Numbered from the stretch's first letter, positions 37,251 through 48,463 are shown. The stretch: DNA of 64,000 nt from Minisyncoccia bacterium (GCA_041738235.1 JBGSQF010000018.1:1404-65403); one strand, 5' to 3'. A program made the numbers and translations. Notes: generated from the sequence alone by a model not told the origin.

Positions 37251-38379
37251 ACTCGTCGATCATGCCGAGGTCGCATTTATCGACCCAATCAATGAAGAAA
37301 GAAATCGCTTTGATTCCCCCCTTTGCCTCTTGGCTTTTGAAGCGAAACGAGAAACACGCGCGGTCTATGTAAATTTCTTTATTATTGAGAGCCTTTTGCA
37401 ATCCCAAAGAGTGAGCCATTGTTTTGATGCCATCCGCCCCTGTACTTTTTTTGTCGTTTGGAGGCATGGAGAGAACAACCCTTTTTCCCGTGTTGGTATA
37501 CCGCAAATGAAGCGACCGTAACAACCACGAATCCAAATCGGGAACATTGTCCGCGTTTATTTCGAAATCGTTTTTCATAATAAGGCGCAAATTGTGTTTC
37601 GGGCGCGCTTTCTCGAGAGGGATGCCGAACACCGTTTCGAGGAACACGTTCAGATATTCGTCCCGTGCTTGCCATGATCCTTTTGCTTTGACGTGCAACT
37701 CATTTTCTTTGGGGAGATAGAGAAAATAGATTGCGTCGAGCGCGCGAAAGATCGCCAAGCGGTCCGGCTTGCCACTCTTGTCCATTTGCGTGCACACCTG
37801 CGGATGATCGTCGAACGAAATCGTCGCGCAGGAGTCCTCTTCTATTTTTCGTACATCCACCCAGCATGTTTTGCCTCTTCCTTCTCCTTGGAACATTGAT
37901 TGAAACGCTTCTTTTAAGATTGTTTTTTTGCTTTCCATTATTGATATTGTCGTTTTTGGAACGGGATATCGTTTCCATCCTGAAAGGTCTTGAAACTCCA
38001 AAATCGCCATCGCTTCTTCGAAAACGTCTTCCCTTTCGAGATAATAAAAAAGCGCGCGGTCGCGCATGCTGTAATTGAGACATCTCGAGTCGTCAACGGG
38101 AATGTTGAAATCGCGAATAATGCCTTGAATAGTGGCTACGCCCCGATAATTGCCGAGTATGTCCACTGCAGTAAGTCCGTCCTCCGCTTTTTTTCGGTCA
38201 TCTTCGTCAAGGGAATTGAAAAAATCAAGGATTCTTTCGGAAATAAGTTTTTTTTCTTTTTTATTGGTGACCCTTGGAACATTTGAAGGAAATCCGGTTA
38301 TTTTTCTTGAATCGAAAAAACGCTTGAGAAGATCTGTTTCCTTGACGGAATGAAAAAATACGGGAGGAACAAACGCCAT
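37189..38379 (-). CDS. hypothetical protein
   Basis: 396 aa. No family recognised. Confidence 0.4.
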   Translation of the reverse strand: MAFVPPVFFHSVKETDLLKRFFDSRKITGFPSNVPRVTNKKEKKLISERILDFFNSLDEDDRKKAEDGLTAVDILGNYRGVATIQGIIRDFNIPVDDSRCLNYSMRDRALFYYLEREDVFEEAMAILEFQDLSGWKRYPVPKTTISIMESKKTILKEAFQSMFQGEGRGKTCWVDVRKIEEDSCATISFDDHPQVCTQMDKSGKPDRLAIFRALDAIYFLYLPKENELHVKAKGSWQARDEYLNVFLETVFGIPLEKARPKHNLRLIMKNDFEINADNVPDLDSWLLRSLHLRYTNTGKRVVLSMPPNDKKSTGADGIKTMAHSLGLQKALNNKEIYIDRACFSFRFKSQEAKGGIKAISFFIDWVDKCDLGMIDEFEKKACRILKDTGIDEGFDA

Positions 38380-38445
38380 ACCTCTTTTGTCTTAATTTGA
38401 ATTATAATGTACAATAATGGTATCAAATAGCATTAAATAAATCAA

Positions 38446-38658
38446 ATGGAAAAAGAGCCCAAAGAGAGTCAAAAGATACCGGAACTTCTCACTCTCAAAG
38501 AAGCGTGTGAGATTTTGAAGTGTCATCCCAATACCCTCCGGCAATGGGACAAAAAGGGCATCCTCCCGGCCATACGAATAGGGGAGCGGAAGGCGAGAAG
38601 ATACAAGAAAGATGCTATACTGAAAATGCTTGAAGGGGAAAATAATTTTCCAAAATAA
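38446..38658 (+). CDS. excisionase-family (HTH_17/MerR-like) DNA-binding protein
   Basis: [45 protein letters not shown] matches the excisionase-family HTH pattern. Confidence 0.55.
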   Translation: MEKEPKESQKIPELLTLKEACEILKCHPNTLRQWDKKGILPAIRIGERKARRYKKDAILKMLEGENNFPK

Positions 38659-38672
38659 ATTTTGAGAACACT

Positions 38673-40643
38673 ATGAATATCATCGAATTGCTCCCAAAGG
38701 TTGTTTCCGAAGGAAAAAGAGAAGCCAATCGAACACTGGAATCACTTTCCGATTCGACAAGGCTCATGCTCCAGACCAACGAACTTGTCATTCCGTCGCG
38801 CGATTCCAATTATCACGATTTATTTTCCGAGCTTTCGAAAGCGGGTCAATTGGAGATAAAAACCGAAAACCTTTCTGATGCATCGTGGAAAAATCGTCTT
38901 GTCTATGGGGACAATTTGCTCGTGATGCAGGCGCTTCTCGCGGGAGACCAGGAAACAGGGATGCCGAGTATGCGGGGGCAAATTGATCTCATCTACATTG
39001 ACCCGCCATTTGACAGCAAGGCGGACTACCGAACAAAGGTAGAAATCCCAGGGGCAACACTCGACCAAAAGCCGACCGTCCTCGAACAATTTGCGTATGC
39101 CGATACGTGGGCGGGAGAGGTTAGTGGACAGCAGGTCAAGGGGACACTCGCATATCTGAAGTATCTCTATCCGCGCCTGGTGTTGATGCGGGAACTTCTC
39201 TCGGACAAGGGGTCAATCTATGTGCATCTCGATTGGCACGTCGGGCATTATGTGAAAATTATATTAGATGATATTTTTGGAAAGGATAATTTTAGGAATG
39301 AAATTATTTGGAAGTACACAGGAAGTAGAGCTCCGGATAAGGATTTTGCGAAAAAACACGACACTATATTTAGGTATTCAAAATCAGAAAATCGTAAGTT
39401 TTTCCCAATCTACACTGCGTATTCTGAGGGAACTATAGCGAGATTCAATCAAGAAGATGAGGACGGAAGATTCAAAATTACCTATCGCGACGGCAAGGAG
39501 TACAAAACTTATATGAAGGAGGGTAAGCCCCTTGAGGATGTTTGGATTATTGAACCTGAAAATTTGGATATTGAAGATATTTCAATATTGATGAAGAATG
39601 CAAAAGAAAATACAGACTACAATACACAGAAGCCATCCTTACTAATTGAGAGACTGATAAAATCAGCAACTGAAGAAGGGGATGTTGTCGCAGACTTCTT
39701 TATGGGCTCTGGGACAACTATGGCTGTTGCTGAGAGTTTGAAGAGAAAATGGATTGCTTCTGATATAGGAAAACCTGCAATAATGGTTTCTCGCAAGCGT
39801 TTGATTGATCAGGGGGCAAAGCCGTTTCTCGCGCAGTCCATCGGGGACTACCAGAAAGAACAGCTTCTCCAGACGATGGGGAGCAAATACCGCATCGGCG
39901 ATTTGGCGCAGGTGGTACTGGGACTTTTTGGCGGTTTGCCGTTTCCCGCGGAAGACAATCCGAACAAAAACCTTGGGTATCTCCCGCGCACCAAGCACCT
40001 CATTTACGTCGATTCGCCGAACAAGCTTTGTGGACTCTCGACGCTGAAACGGGCTCAGCAATTTCGGGAATCGCATCTCGGCGGATGGGACAAGGTGGTT
40101 GTGCTCGCGTGGAATTTCGTCTCTGATATCGGACAAATTATCGGGAGCCTGGGGGACAACCGTTTGGAAGTTCTCGTCATTCCTCCGGACTTGCTGGATA
40201 AGCTTTCGAGCAAATCGAACTATGACAAACTCGTAAAATCCGGTGCGGTGCGTTTTTCTTCTTTGCAGTATTTGACCATAAAAGAACCGACCGTTTCCGA
40301 TATCGATGGCGAAGACGAGATTTGTGTCGAGCTGGACAATTATATGCTCCTCTCTCCCGATTCTTTACCTCTTGACGATGCGAACAAAGCGAAATTGCAG
40401 GAAGTTGTTGCAAAAAATCCGCTCGACCTTATCGAATATTGGAGTGTCGATCCCGATTATGACGGAGAGATTTTTCGCAGTGTCTGGCAGGATTATCGGG
40501 GAAATACCGAAAACGACGACGATCCGCTTCGCGTGGTGAAAACAGCGACGATTCGCGTCCCGAAAAAAGAGGGTGTGCGAAAGATATGCGTCAAGGCGGT
40601 GGATGTTTTCGGTTGGGAATCGGAGGTGGTGCGGGAAGTATAA
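38673..40643 (+). CDS. mod: Type III restriction-modification Mod-like DNA methyltransferase (beta-class N6A/N4C)
   Basis: 656 aa. Motif [11 protein letters not shown] lies near the N-terminus and motif [10 protein letters not shown] is distal, with a middle target-recognition region. A DEAH-box Res-like gene follows. Confidence 0.7.
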   Translation: MNIIELLPKVVSEGKREANRTLESLSDSTRLMLQTNELVIPSRDSNYHDLFSELSKAGQLEIKTENLSDASWKNRLVYGDNLLVMQALLAGDQETGMPSMRGQIDLIYIDPPFDSKADYRTKVEIPGATLDQKPTVLEQFAYADTWAGEVSGQQVKGTLAYLKYLYPRLVLMRELLSDKGSIYVHLDWHVGHYVKIILDDIFGKDNFRNEIIWKYTGSRAPDKDFAKKHDTIFRYSKSENRKFFPIYTAYSEGTIARFNQEDEDGRFKITYRDGKEYKTYMKEGKPLEDVWIIEPENLDIEDISILMKNAKENTDYNTQKPSLLIERLIKSATEEGDVVADFFMGSGTTMAVAESLKRKWIASDIGKPAIMVSRKRLIDQGAKPFLAQSIGDYQKEQLLQTMGSKYRIGDLAQVVLGLFGGLPFPAEDNPNKNLGYLPRTKHLIYVDSPNKLCGLSTLKRAQQFRESHLGGWDKVVVLAWNFVSDIGQIIGSLGDNRLEVLVIPPDLLDKLSSKSNYDKLVKSGAVRFSSLQYLTIKEPTVSDIDGEDEICVELDNYMLLSPDSLPLDDANKAKLQEVVAKNPLDLIEYWSVDPDYDGEIFRSVWQDYRGNTENDDDPLRVVKTATIRVPKKEGVRKICVKAVDVFGWESEVVREV

Positions 40644-40654
40644 TTTTGGAGCGT

Positions 40655-42295
40655 ATGACATTTGACGAATTGAAACAATTTATTGCCCATCGCGAATCCG
40701 AAAGGCTTGAACTTAAGGAATGGAGGAGTTCATTTTCGATTCTCGGTGAGGGAAAGTTTGAAAATCGGAAATGTTTGCTTGGGTACTGCGTTGCGCTTGG
40801 CAATGAGGGTGGAGGATACGTGCTTATCGGGGTGAAGAATGACGGAACGATTGTTGGTACGAGCGCGGTGTTGCCGGATGATGTAAAGAAGCAAATATAT
40901 GACAGAACCGGACAAAAAATAGAAATCGAAGAAATTTTTGATGGGAGTAAACGAGTGCTTGCGGTGAGTATTCCTTCGAGACCAATGGGAACTCCTCTAA
41001 AATTTGCCGAAGTGCCTTTGATGAGGGTAGGTGATTCGCTGGAACCAATGAGCGACGCGGAGCAAACGCGGATTCTTCTTGAGGGGCAGGATGATTTTTC
41101 GGTGCGGATATGCGAAGCGTCGTCGATGGAAAGTGTCGATGGGGATGCCTTACGGAAATTGCGTGAACTGCGTGTCGAGAAGCAATCGGATATTGATGGG
41201 GCGGTCGAAGGGCTTTCCGACGAGCGTTTTTTGACAGATATTGCTCTGATGCGTAACGGGAAACTGACATACGCGGGAGTTATTCTGATCGCGAAAAAAG
41301 AGTTTCTCGATTGGAATTTCGGAGATGTTGAAATTTGTTTCGAGTACCGCAATCGTTTTGGTGACGAACAGTCAAGAAATGATCGCGTGAATTACCGCGA
41401 GCCGTTCGTACTGGCATACGAGAAGATCTGGGAAAAGGTGGTCTCCCGTCAACAAACGCATTCTTTCGTTTCAGGCTTGCTTCGTGAGGAGATTCCGGCG
41501 TTCGATCGGGATGTTTTTCGGGAGGCGTTATTTAATGCCGTGTGTCATCGAGATTATTCTCAAAAAGGATCGGTTGTTATTATCCAATCGCCCGAAGGTA
41601 TAGAAATTACGAACCCGGGAGGATTCCCGCCGGGGGTTACACAAGAAAACATCATTGATGTCGCAAGCACCCCGCGCAATCGATTATTGGCGGAGAGGTT
41701 TGAGAAGATTTTACCGGGTGTCGAACGGTCCGGTTGGGGCGTGGACAGGATTTTTCGTTATACGATTCAACAGGGAAAAGGTCGTCCCGATTATTCGGGA
41801 AGTACCGGGTATTTTGTCCGTCTTTTTATTCCGGCGATACTCAAGGATGCGCAATTCGTTCAGTATCTCAAAAAGATTGCCGATAGAAAACAAAAGTTGC
41901 TGTCGATCGAAGACCTTCTCTTATTGGAAAAAATACGCGCCGGGGAAAAAACCGGAATCACGTTGAAAACAGTCGGGCATCTTCTGGAGGAAGGATTTAT
42001 AGAACTGTATGGAAAAACACGCGGGGCGCGGTACGTGCTTTCGCACAGGTATTATGCCGATACGGGGAAACTGGGTGAACGAACGCGAAGAATTGGTCTT
42101 TCACGGGATAAGCGCAAGGAGTTAATCTTGGAGCACATACGAAAGCATGGGGAGGGGAGGATGTCGGAATTTATGCAGATCTTTCCGGAATTGAAACGAT
42201 ATGAGATTGGTAATATGCTTATGGAGCTCAAAAAAGATAATAAGATTGAAAAATCCGGGGTGACGGCAAATGCATTATGGAAAATAGTTGTATAA
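40655..42295 (+). CDS. AlbA_2 (Schlafen-like) + HATPase_c_4 domain protein
   Basis: N-terminus ESERLELKEW...YCVALGNEGGGYVLIGVKNDGTIVG is AlbA_2-like. The C-terminal region NAVCHRDYSQKGSVVIIQSPEGIEITNPGG is HATPase_c_4-like. Start taken at Met 40655. Confidence 0.5.
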   Translation: MTFDELKQFIAHRESERLELKEWRSSFSILGEGKFENRKCLLGYCVALGNEGGGYVLIGVKNDGTIVGTSAVLPDDVKKQIYDRTGQKIEIEEIFDGSKRVLAVSIPSRPMGTPLKFAEVPLMRVGDSLEPMSDAEQTRILLEGQDDFSVRICEASSMESVDGDALRKLRELRVEKQSDIDGAVEGLSDERFLTDIALMRNGKLTYAGVILIAKKEFLDWNFGDVEICFEYRNRFGDEQSRNDRVNYREPFVLAYEKIWEKVVSRQQTHSFVSGLLREEIPAFDRDVFREALFNAVCHRDYSQKGSVVIIQSPEGIEITNPGGFPPGVTQENIIDVASTPRNRLLAERFEKILPGVERSGWGVDRIFRYTIQQGKGRPDYSGSTGYFVRLFIPAILKDAQFVQYLKKIADRKQKLLSIEDLLLLEKIRAGEKTGITLKTVGHLLEEGFIELYGKTRGARYVLSHRYYADTGKLGERTRRIGLSRDKRKELILEHIRKHGEGRMSEFMQIFPELKRYEIGNMLMELKKDNKIEKSGVTANALWKIVV

Positions 42296-42388
42296 AAGTT
42301 GTATTATTATTTTCTTGATAAATGCTTTATAAAAAGCATAAAATATACATTTCTTATATAAAACCCCCTTTTTATTAAATGATTATTT

Positions 42389-45274
42389 TTGAATATGGCG
42401 AATTCATCACCTCTCCAATTTGCAAAGGATATTTCCGCAAAGGCCAATAATGCCTGGCTTTCCGGTGAGTATCTTGAGCGGGTTACCCCAACGACAAGAC
42501 AGCTTTTGACGTATTGGTTTGGCGACCAATACTGCGAAAATCGAGGATTGAATTTTCACGAGGGACAACGACAGGCAATTCTGAATATCATTTATTTGCA
42601 CGGGGTGCTCAAGACAAAAAATATCTTCGACGCGTATGAGCAAATTGCGCCGGATCTTTTGCTTCGAAGTGAAGGGGGACTTGCCGAAATATCGAAAACA
42701 AAATACAGTCATCCGAAATATGCGATAAAGATGGCAACGGGAACGGGCAAGACCTGGGTGCTTTCGGCAACACTGATTTGGCAGTATCTCAATGCCAAAC
42801 ATGAAGAGGGGAACTTTACGAAAAACTTTCTTATAGTCGCTCCCGGGCTTATAGTATACGAACGACTTCTTGATGCATTCCTTGGTAAAGAGCGCGAGGG
42901 GAGTGATGGAAGGGATTTTGAATCTTCCGATATTTTTCATACACAGGATCTTTTTTTGCCGGAATCGTACCGAGAAGAGATTTTTGGTTTTTTCAAATCA
43001 TCGGTCGTTGTCAAAGAAGAAATCGGCAGTAAGGTTACCGGTGACGGCCTGGTCGCCGTGACGAACTGGCACCTCCTCGCGGGCGTTGCCGAAGATGCCT
43101 CGGAAGAAATTGAATCGCCCGGCGAAATCGACCCTGTGAGCATGATGAAATCAATTCTCCCGACTCGCCCAAGCGCCAGTGCGGGCAATGATTTGAATGT
43201 GCTTGATAATTCGTATGGACAGGGAAAAGAACTCGCATATCTTCGTGATCTGCCTGATTTGATGGTATTTAATGATGAGGCACATCATTTGGCGTCGAAC
43301 AAAAAAGAAGAAAAGCATTGGCAGAAAAGTTTGTCGCATATTGCTGAAACAAAAGGTGAACATTTCGTTCAAGTAGATTTTTCAGCCACTCCGTACGACC
43401 AGATAGGAAAGAATAAAGTATATTTTCCTCATATTATCGTTGATTTTGAGCTGAAGACAGCGATTCAAAAGGGGTATGTGAAGACGCTCGTTCTTGACCG
43501 AAGGAAGGAAATTGCATCGATGGAGCTTGATTTTAGAGCAGAACGAGATGAGAGTGGAAAGGTTATCGGACTTTCCGAAGGACAGCGTGTGATGCTTCGT
43601 GCGGGTTTGAAAAAACTCCAAATTCTTGAGGCGGATTTTGAGAAGATTGCGCCAGAACGAGACAAGTACCCGAAGATGATGATTGTTTGTGAAGATACGA
43701 AGGTGGCGCCATTTGTCAGTGAATTTCTGGTGCACGAAGGATTGTCAGAGGGGGATGTACTTGAAATTCACTCTGATAAAAAAGGAAATGTAACAAAGGA
43801 AGCGTGGTTGGAAATTAAAAATAAACTGTTTCATTTGGATGAGCACAAGTCTCCAAAAGTTATTGTTTCGGTGCTTATGCTCCGCGAAGGTTTTGATGTG
43901 AATAATATCTGCGTCATTGTTCCGCTCCGTTCCTCGCAGGCTCCTATCCTTCTTGAGCAGACAATTGGGCGGGGGTTGCGTCAAATGTGGCGTGAGTCGG
44001 AGTTTAAGGAAATGAAAGAAGAGAATAGGAGGAGAATGCTTGTGGAAAAAACGAGTCCGCAGAATTACTTTGATATTTTGAGTATTATTGAACATCCATC
44101 TTTTGTCGGTTTTTACGATGAGCTCATGCAGGATGATATGGCTGGCATGGATGACACGGATATTATTGAGGGAGAGGATGTTACTGGGGATATTATCTCG
44201 GTTGGTTTGCGACCCGGATATGAGCAATACGATTTTATGTTTCCTGTAATAGTGAGCGAGGCGGAAGAAGTCATAAAAGAAAAGAAACTCTCTGTTGATG
44301 ATCTTAGCCCCTTTCAGAATGCGAGCTTCGAACAACTTAAGAAGATGGTGAAAGCGGGAGAACAATTTGTATCGCAAGAGATGACGAAAGGCACTCGATT
44401 CGGAGATTATAGTGTGAGTGGTGGAATAATGACCGCTACAAGTTATAACGAGTTTGTTTCCAGGCTCGTCAACCGTGTGACGGTGTTACTCTCGGAACCT
44501 GTTTCCGGACGACATCTCAAGGAGCAAACAAAATTTCCGGCAATCCAAGTAAAACTTCCGGAGCTTGCCGGTTTGGTGGACGGGTATATTCGAAGAAGAC
44601 TCTTTAATCAGGAGGTTGATCCATTTATTGATGAAAATTGGCGAATTTTAATGGTCAATTTGGTTGCAGACCATATCATCCGTGAGGTATCAACTGCCAT
44701 CCTAAAGCTTCAAGAAACGGAGTCAATAAGTGAGCCGGAAGTGATAGAGCGTAAGGTTTCTGAAGTAGCATCACTTCGGATGCGCGAGAGTTATTCATTT
44801 CCGACAAGTAAATCTGTCTATGAGAGGCTCCCATATCCGTCTCGAAATGGTGGTCTGGAGAAAGGTTTTATCGAATATGCGGATTCAGATGCAACAGTAG
44901 AGTCTTTTGTAAAGCTCCTTGTAGAAAAGCATTATTTCATTCGTTTTCGATATCTGAAAGAGGATGGGCTTATGGCGCAATATTACCCTGATTTTTTAGT
45001 GAGATGCAATAATGGAAAAATCTATATTGTAGAAACGAAAGCGCAAGATCAAATCAGTCACCCGAACGTACAGAAAAAACAGATTTCCGCACTCAATTGG
45101 ATTGACCGGGTAAACGCCCTTCCTTCTGAGATGCGAAGGAATGCTACTTGGGAGTATGTACTTATCGGAGACACATTCTTCAATGATTGGAGAAATAAGG
45201 GTGCATCTATTGTTGAAATGCTGGAGTTTGCAAAATTGAGAGCGGTACAGAGAGGCCAATCAAAATTGTTATAG
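42389..45274 (+). CDS. res: Type III restriction enzyme Res subunit (SF2 helicase + PD-(D/E)xK nuclease)
   Basis: 961 aa. Walker A MATGTGKTWV and a DEAH box VFNDEAHHL. The C-terminus YYPDFLV...IYIVETKAQD looks like a PD..ExK nuclease motif. Confidence 0.7.
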   Translation: MNMANSSPLQFAKDISAKANNAWLSGEYLERVTPTTRQLLTYWFGDQYCENRGLNFHEGQRQAILNIIYLHGVLKTKNIFDAYEQIAPDLLLRSEGGLAEISKTKYSHPKYAIKMATGTGKTWVLSATLIWQYLNAKHEEGNFTKNFLIVAPGLIVYERLLDAFLGKEREGSDGRDFESSDIFHTQDLFLPESYREEIFGFFKSSVVVKEEIGSKVTGDGLVAVTNWHLLAGVAEDASEEIESPGEIDPVSMMKSILPTRPSASAGNDLNVLDNSYGQGKELAYLRDLPDLMVFNDEAHHLASNKKEEKHWQKSLSHIAETKGEHFVQVDFSATPYDQIGKNKVYFPHIIVDFELKTAIQKGYVKTLVLDRRKEIASMELDFRAERDESGKVIGLSEGQRVMLRAGLKKLQILEADFEKIAPERDKYPKMMIVCEDTKVAPFVSEFLVHEGLSEGDVLEIHSDKKGNVTKEAWLEIKNKLFHLDEHKSPKVIVSVLMLREGFDVNNICVIVPLRSSQAPILLEQTIGRGLRQMWRESEFKEMKEENRRRMLVEKTSPQNYFDILSIIEHPSFVGFYDELMQDDMAGMDDTDIIEGEDVTGDIISVGLRPGYEQYDFMFPVIVSEAEEVIKEKKLSVDDLSPFQNASFEQLKKMVKAGEQFVSQEMTKGTRFGDYSVSGGIMTATSYNEFVSRLVNRVTVLLSEPVSGRHLKEQTKFPAIQVKLPELAGLVDGYIRRRLFNQEVDPFIDENWRILMVNLVADHIIREVSTAILKLQETESISEPEVIERKVSEVASLRMRESYSFPTSKSVYERLPYPSRNGGLEKGFIEYADSDATVESFVKLLVEKHYFIRFRYLKEDGLMAQYYPDFLVRCNNGKIYIVETKAQDQISHPNVQKKQISALNWIDRVNALPSEMRRNATWEYVLIGDTFFNDWRNKGASIVEMLEFAKLRAVQRGQSKLL

Positions 45275-45389
45275 ATATTAAAAATAGTGAGTGAGAGGGT
45301 GGGGTGTTTTGCGAAAAGAAGGGGTGTATTTTTGATTGTATATTAAAAATAGTGTATTCTTTGTAAGAGCTTGTGAAGCATAATAGATA

Positions 45390-45893
45390 ATGCTCAAGAG
45401 TTTAATTCCTAATCTTAAAAATATGGATATTCAAACAAAAGTTGGAGTTATAGTAACAAACGAGAGGGGGGATATTCTTCTTATTAAGGAAAAGCTGGAG
45501 AAGAAACCGGTCTCTCTTTGGAATATCATTAAGGGGTCATATCAGGGAGGAGAGAGTGTCATGCAGGCAGCAATAAGAGAATGCACGGAAGAGGCTTCTG
45601 TGGACGTGGATCTTTTGTTTTCTTTGGGAACATATATTGCAGAAGAGCCGGGTAAAATCAGGGTGCAGTTTAATTTTTTAGCTCGATCTAAATCTGACAT
45701 CATTGCTCTGGCGTCGGAAAAAGATCAACAGTCAAGAGGTGAGGCGATCGAAGATGCTCGCTGGCTTACAAGGGAAGATGTAGAGAAAATTGGAAAAGAA
45801 GAATTTGCTTCATTAAGAGCATATCAGCTTGTTCAGGACTGGTTGTCTGGAAAAGAGTTTCCTATAGATTCTGTTCAACAGGTTGCCATGTAG
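45390..45893 (+). CDS. NUDIX hydrolase
   Basis: NUDIX box GGESVMQAAIRECTEEASV. Confidence 0.5.
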   Translation: MLKSLIPNLKNMDIQTKVGVIVTNERGDILLIKEKLEKKPVSLWNIIKGSYQGGESVMQAAIRECTEEASVDVDLLFSLGTYIAEEPGKIRVQFNFLARSKSDIIALASEKDQQSRGEAIEDARWLTREDVEKIGKEEFASLRAYQLVQDWLSGKEFPIDSVQQVAM

Positions 45894-45961
45894 AAGAAGA
45901 CAAATAACCAAAAGAAAAAGAGTCATGTTGATGACTCTTTTTAATTATGCCCTCCTAAATA

Positions 45962-46741
45962 TTAGGGACGGCTTATTCTGAGTATGAGTGTTTTGTGAAG
46001 CCTGTTTCCGTTGGCATCTTGTAGGAAGGAGTATCCGGGGTACATCCTCTTGATCCAAGGGATGTTTTCCTCGGTCTTTCCTCCTGGTCGGATGGTTTGG
46101 CTGTGCCTCGAAATAACCTCCATTCGAAGTCCAAGGGACTGGATTAGCTCGGCTAGCGGCACCCTTCCCAAGTCTTGGTCAATGCCAAGAAAGTCGAAAC
46201 ACAATAGAATGAGCTGCCCATGTCGCGCAAGCAGTCTCTGACTATGTCGGATAATGCCTTTGATATACGCTCTTCCATCCTCGCTTCCTCCATAGTCATG
46301 CGGATGTCCTCTTGTGGGCATGGGCATTTGGGGGGGGTTGCTGACGATCGTGTCGAAGGATTTCCGTACTAGATCCTTAGGAACAAGATCACAGCACACC
46401 CAGGAGATACCCCGTGCTTTATTTGATGCAGTTCTTGCCCAGGACAGGGAGCTCTGATCAATGTCTGTCGCGGTTATATGGGTGGCTCCAAGCGCGATCA
46501 AGCAGTTCGCCAGAAATCCCGATTCTCCCGTTCCGATGTCTAGTGCGCGACTTCCAATGTCTAATTTCTTTAGTTCCTGAGCGATTAGGAATCCGCTTTT
46601 TGGAACGTAGCCACCGTTCCTTATATTTATGCGTAACCCAAGCTCTTTGGACGTAAGGAGAAAGGGACTCCCTACAAATTGGTGGAGAATAAAGCCCTCA
46701 GAGGGAACGGACTTGGCGTACAAGTTCGTTGAACCGCTCAT
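45962..46741 (-). CDS. class I SAM-dependent methyltransferase (HemK/N6-MTase-like, NPPQ motif)
   Basis: Motif I ALDIGTGESGFLA. Motif IV IVSNPPQMP. Start taken at the internal Met (46741). Confidence 0.5.
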   Translation of the reverse strand: MSGSTNLYAKSVPSEGFILHQFVGSPFLLTSKELGLRINIRNGGYVPKSGFLIAQELKKLDIGSRALDIGTGESGFLANCLIALGATHITATDIDQSSLSWARTASNKARGISWVCCDLVPKDLVRKSFDTIVSNPPQMPMPTRGHPHDYGGSEDGRAYIKGIIRHSQRLLARHGQLILLCFDFLGIDQDLGRVPLAELIQSLGLRMEVISRHSQTIRPGGKTEENIPWIKRMYPGYSFLQDANGNRLHKTLILRISRP

Positions 46742-47582
46742 ATTCTCCAAGGCCTTTGATTGCCATAACGGTTGAGGAGTAGCCATAGGGACCTCTTTTG
46801 GCGCTAATTAGGTCGAGAGGCTCCATGGGGAAGAAATATGTACTGTGGATACGAAACGGTGTTGCAATGAAGACCATCAGATCTTCTGCCCACCGTAAGT
46901 TATCCATGGAGTAACAAGGTCTTTCCCCATAGAGGGTTTTTAGGAGGGCAAGCTTTCTTTTTGACGCAATGAGGTTGGTCGGCATGTATCCGGATATATC
47001 ATCCTTGACAATATCCTTAAACAAATCCCGACTCTCTTGCCTAGTTATAAAGCATGAGAACTCCTCCCGGGAATAGTTTCTGGCATAGCGAGCGAACGCG
47101 GATGCACTGATAGGGCAATCCCTTATTTCAAGATCGCGTTCAAAATCTACAAGCCAGATAGTGTCTTCATGCTCGCTCCAGATCATGTTTCTTGGGGCAA
47201 AGTCTCCCCATAGAAAACCATGCGTCCTGAATGTGTGGAGTATGTCCCCAATCAAATGAAGCATGGAGTGTCTTTCTGTTCCAATAGACTCTCTGAGCAT
47301 TGCCTCGAGGTTTTTGCCGGTATGTAGGAGTGTGGAAAGCGCCCCCCATGTCTCATCCCACCCACATATCTCTACAACCTGCACACGAATGGTACCATGT
47401 GGCGCAAACTCGATCTCCATAGGATGCTTATTGAGGTGTTCGTGGGCAGAAAGAATATTCCTATATTCCTTGCCACATGTTGATTTCTTGACGGTCATCC
47501 TACCGTCAGGTGTAACCGATATTTCAATCCGATTAGAATCGAATGATAGGACATTGGGCATGGTTTTCTCCTGCCGGTGCAA
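46698..47582 (-). CDS. protein-kinase-like fold phosphotransferase (APH/Kdo-kinase-like)
   Basis: Catalytic-loop-like GFLWGDFAPRNMIW and a DFG-equivalent WLVDFERD. Confidence 0.45.
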   Translation of the reverse strand: MHRQEKTMPNVLSFDSNRIEISVTPDGRMTVKKSTCGKEYRNILSAHEHLNKHPMEIEFAPHGTIRVQVVEICGWDETWGALSTLLHTGKNLEAMLRESIGTERHSMLHLIGDILHTFRTHGFLWGDFAPRNMIWSEHEDTIWLVDFERDLEIRDCPISASAFARYARNYSREEFSCFITRQESRDLFKDIVKDDISGYMPTNLIASKRKLALLKTLYGERPCYSMDNLRWAEDLMVFIATPFRIHSTYFFPMEPLDLISAKRGPYGYSSTVMAIKGLGEYERFNELVRQVRSL

Positions 47583-47587
47583 TGAAG

Positions 47588-48463
47588 TTACAGGGCATAT
47601 CCCAATTTTCTGTACGCCTCAGCAAGGTCTTTCTGTGCAAAAAGGTCTTTTTCTTGTTGAGTAAGACCATCTTGCCAGGTGATGTCTTGACGTATTTCTT
47701 GATTGGAATCGTACATCATGTGGTTTCCCATGAGGAGATGACCCTTATTCCTCTTAAACTCCAACATAGCAGGATCAAAGCGGATGTCGATAAAGTCGCA
47801 TATCCGCGATAATTCTCCAGCTACATCTTTGCAAAGATCCTCGTATCGGACAAGCAATACGTTTTCTTGCAGGGTCATTTCTGCAGCCTGTCTTGCAAAA
47901 GACAAGAGGATTCCCATTTTGTCTTTTACTGGTCGAGGAACCCCTTTTCTCTCCCCAGCATTCCTATTGCTAAATGAAATCCCCCTTGGATCTCGAGTAA
48001 GCAGTAGGATTTTCCAACCATTTCTAGATAGTAGTTGTTCGGCTATCGTTAAGTATTTTGAGTTTTCAACGATAACTCGCGTCCCAAAGACTTCTTGGGC
48101 AACTGACGAGATCACCTCAAGTCCTAAACAGCATTGCTTGAGGACTTGCTCCAACATGGGCAAGCTTGGTTGTTCAGCGGATAGGCTGAGCTGGTGCCGG
48201 ATCTTTCCTGGCTCTGCCAGAACATCAAGCATGCCACATGCTTGATGTATGGCAAGAATTTCGTCTGGGAAGTAGGACAGTTTTCTTTGTATGGAGTACA
48301 GTACTTCGCATCCAACAGTGCCACAGCAACATCTTGAAGCTGAAGCATCAATCATCGACCAATAGGCGGATTCGCCCATATGGGTTACGTTTTTATGCGC
48401 ACCAAGCATCATGCCAAGGAGTGTTGACCCAGACCTTGGGAGTGTTGCTATGTAGGCTTTCAT
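47588..48463 (-). CDS. sulfotransferase-family protein
   Basis: N-terminal 5'-PSB-like motif ATLPRSGSTLL. Confidence 0.55.
   Translation of the reverse strand: MKAYIATLPRSGSTLLGMMLGAHKNVTHMGESAYWSMIDASASRCCCGTVGCEVLYSIQRKLSYFPDEILAIHQACGMLDVLAEPGKIRHQLSLSAEQPSLPMLEQVLKQCCLGLEVISSVAQEVFGTRVIVENSKYLTIAEQLLSRNGWKILLLTRDPRGISFSNRNAGERKGVPRPVKDKMGILLSFARQAAEMTLQENVLLVRYEDLCKDVAGELSRICDFIDIRFDPAMLEFKRNKGHLLMGNHMMYDSNQEIRQDITWQDGLTQQEKDLFAQKDLAEAYRKLGYAL

Noticed and set aside
43745-44377. 210-aa minus-strand ORF inside res
   Set aside because: Low-complexity, Ile/Phe/Lys-rich antisense ORF. The sense frame is an intact DEAH helicase.
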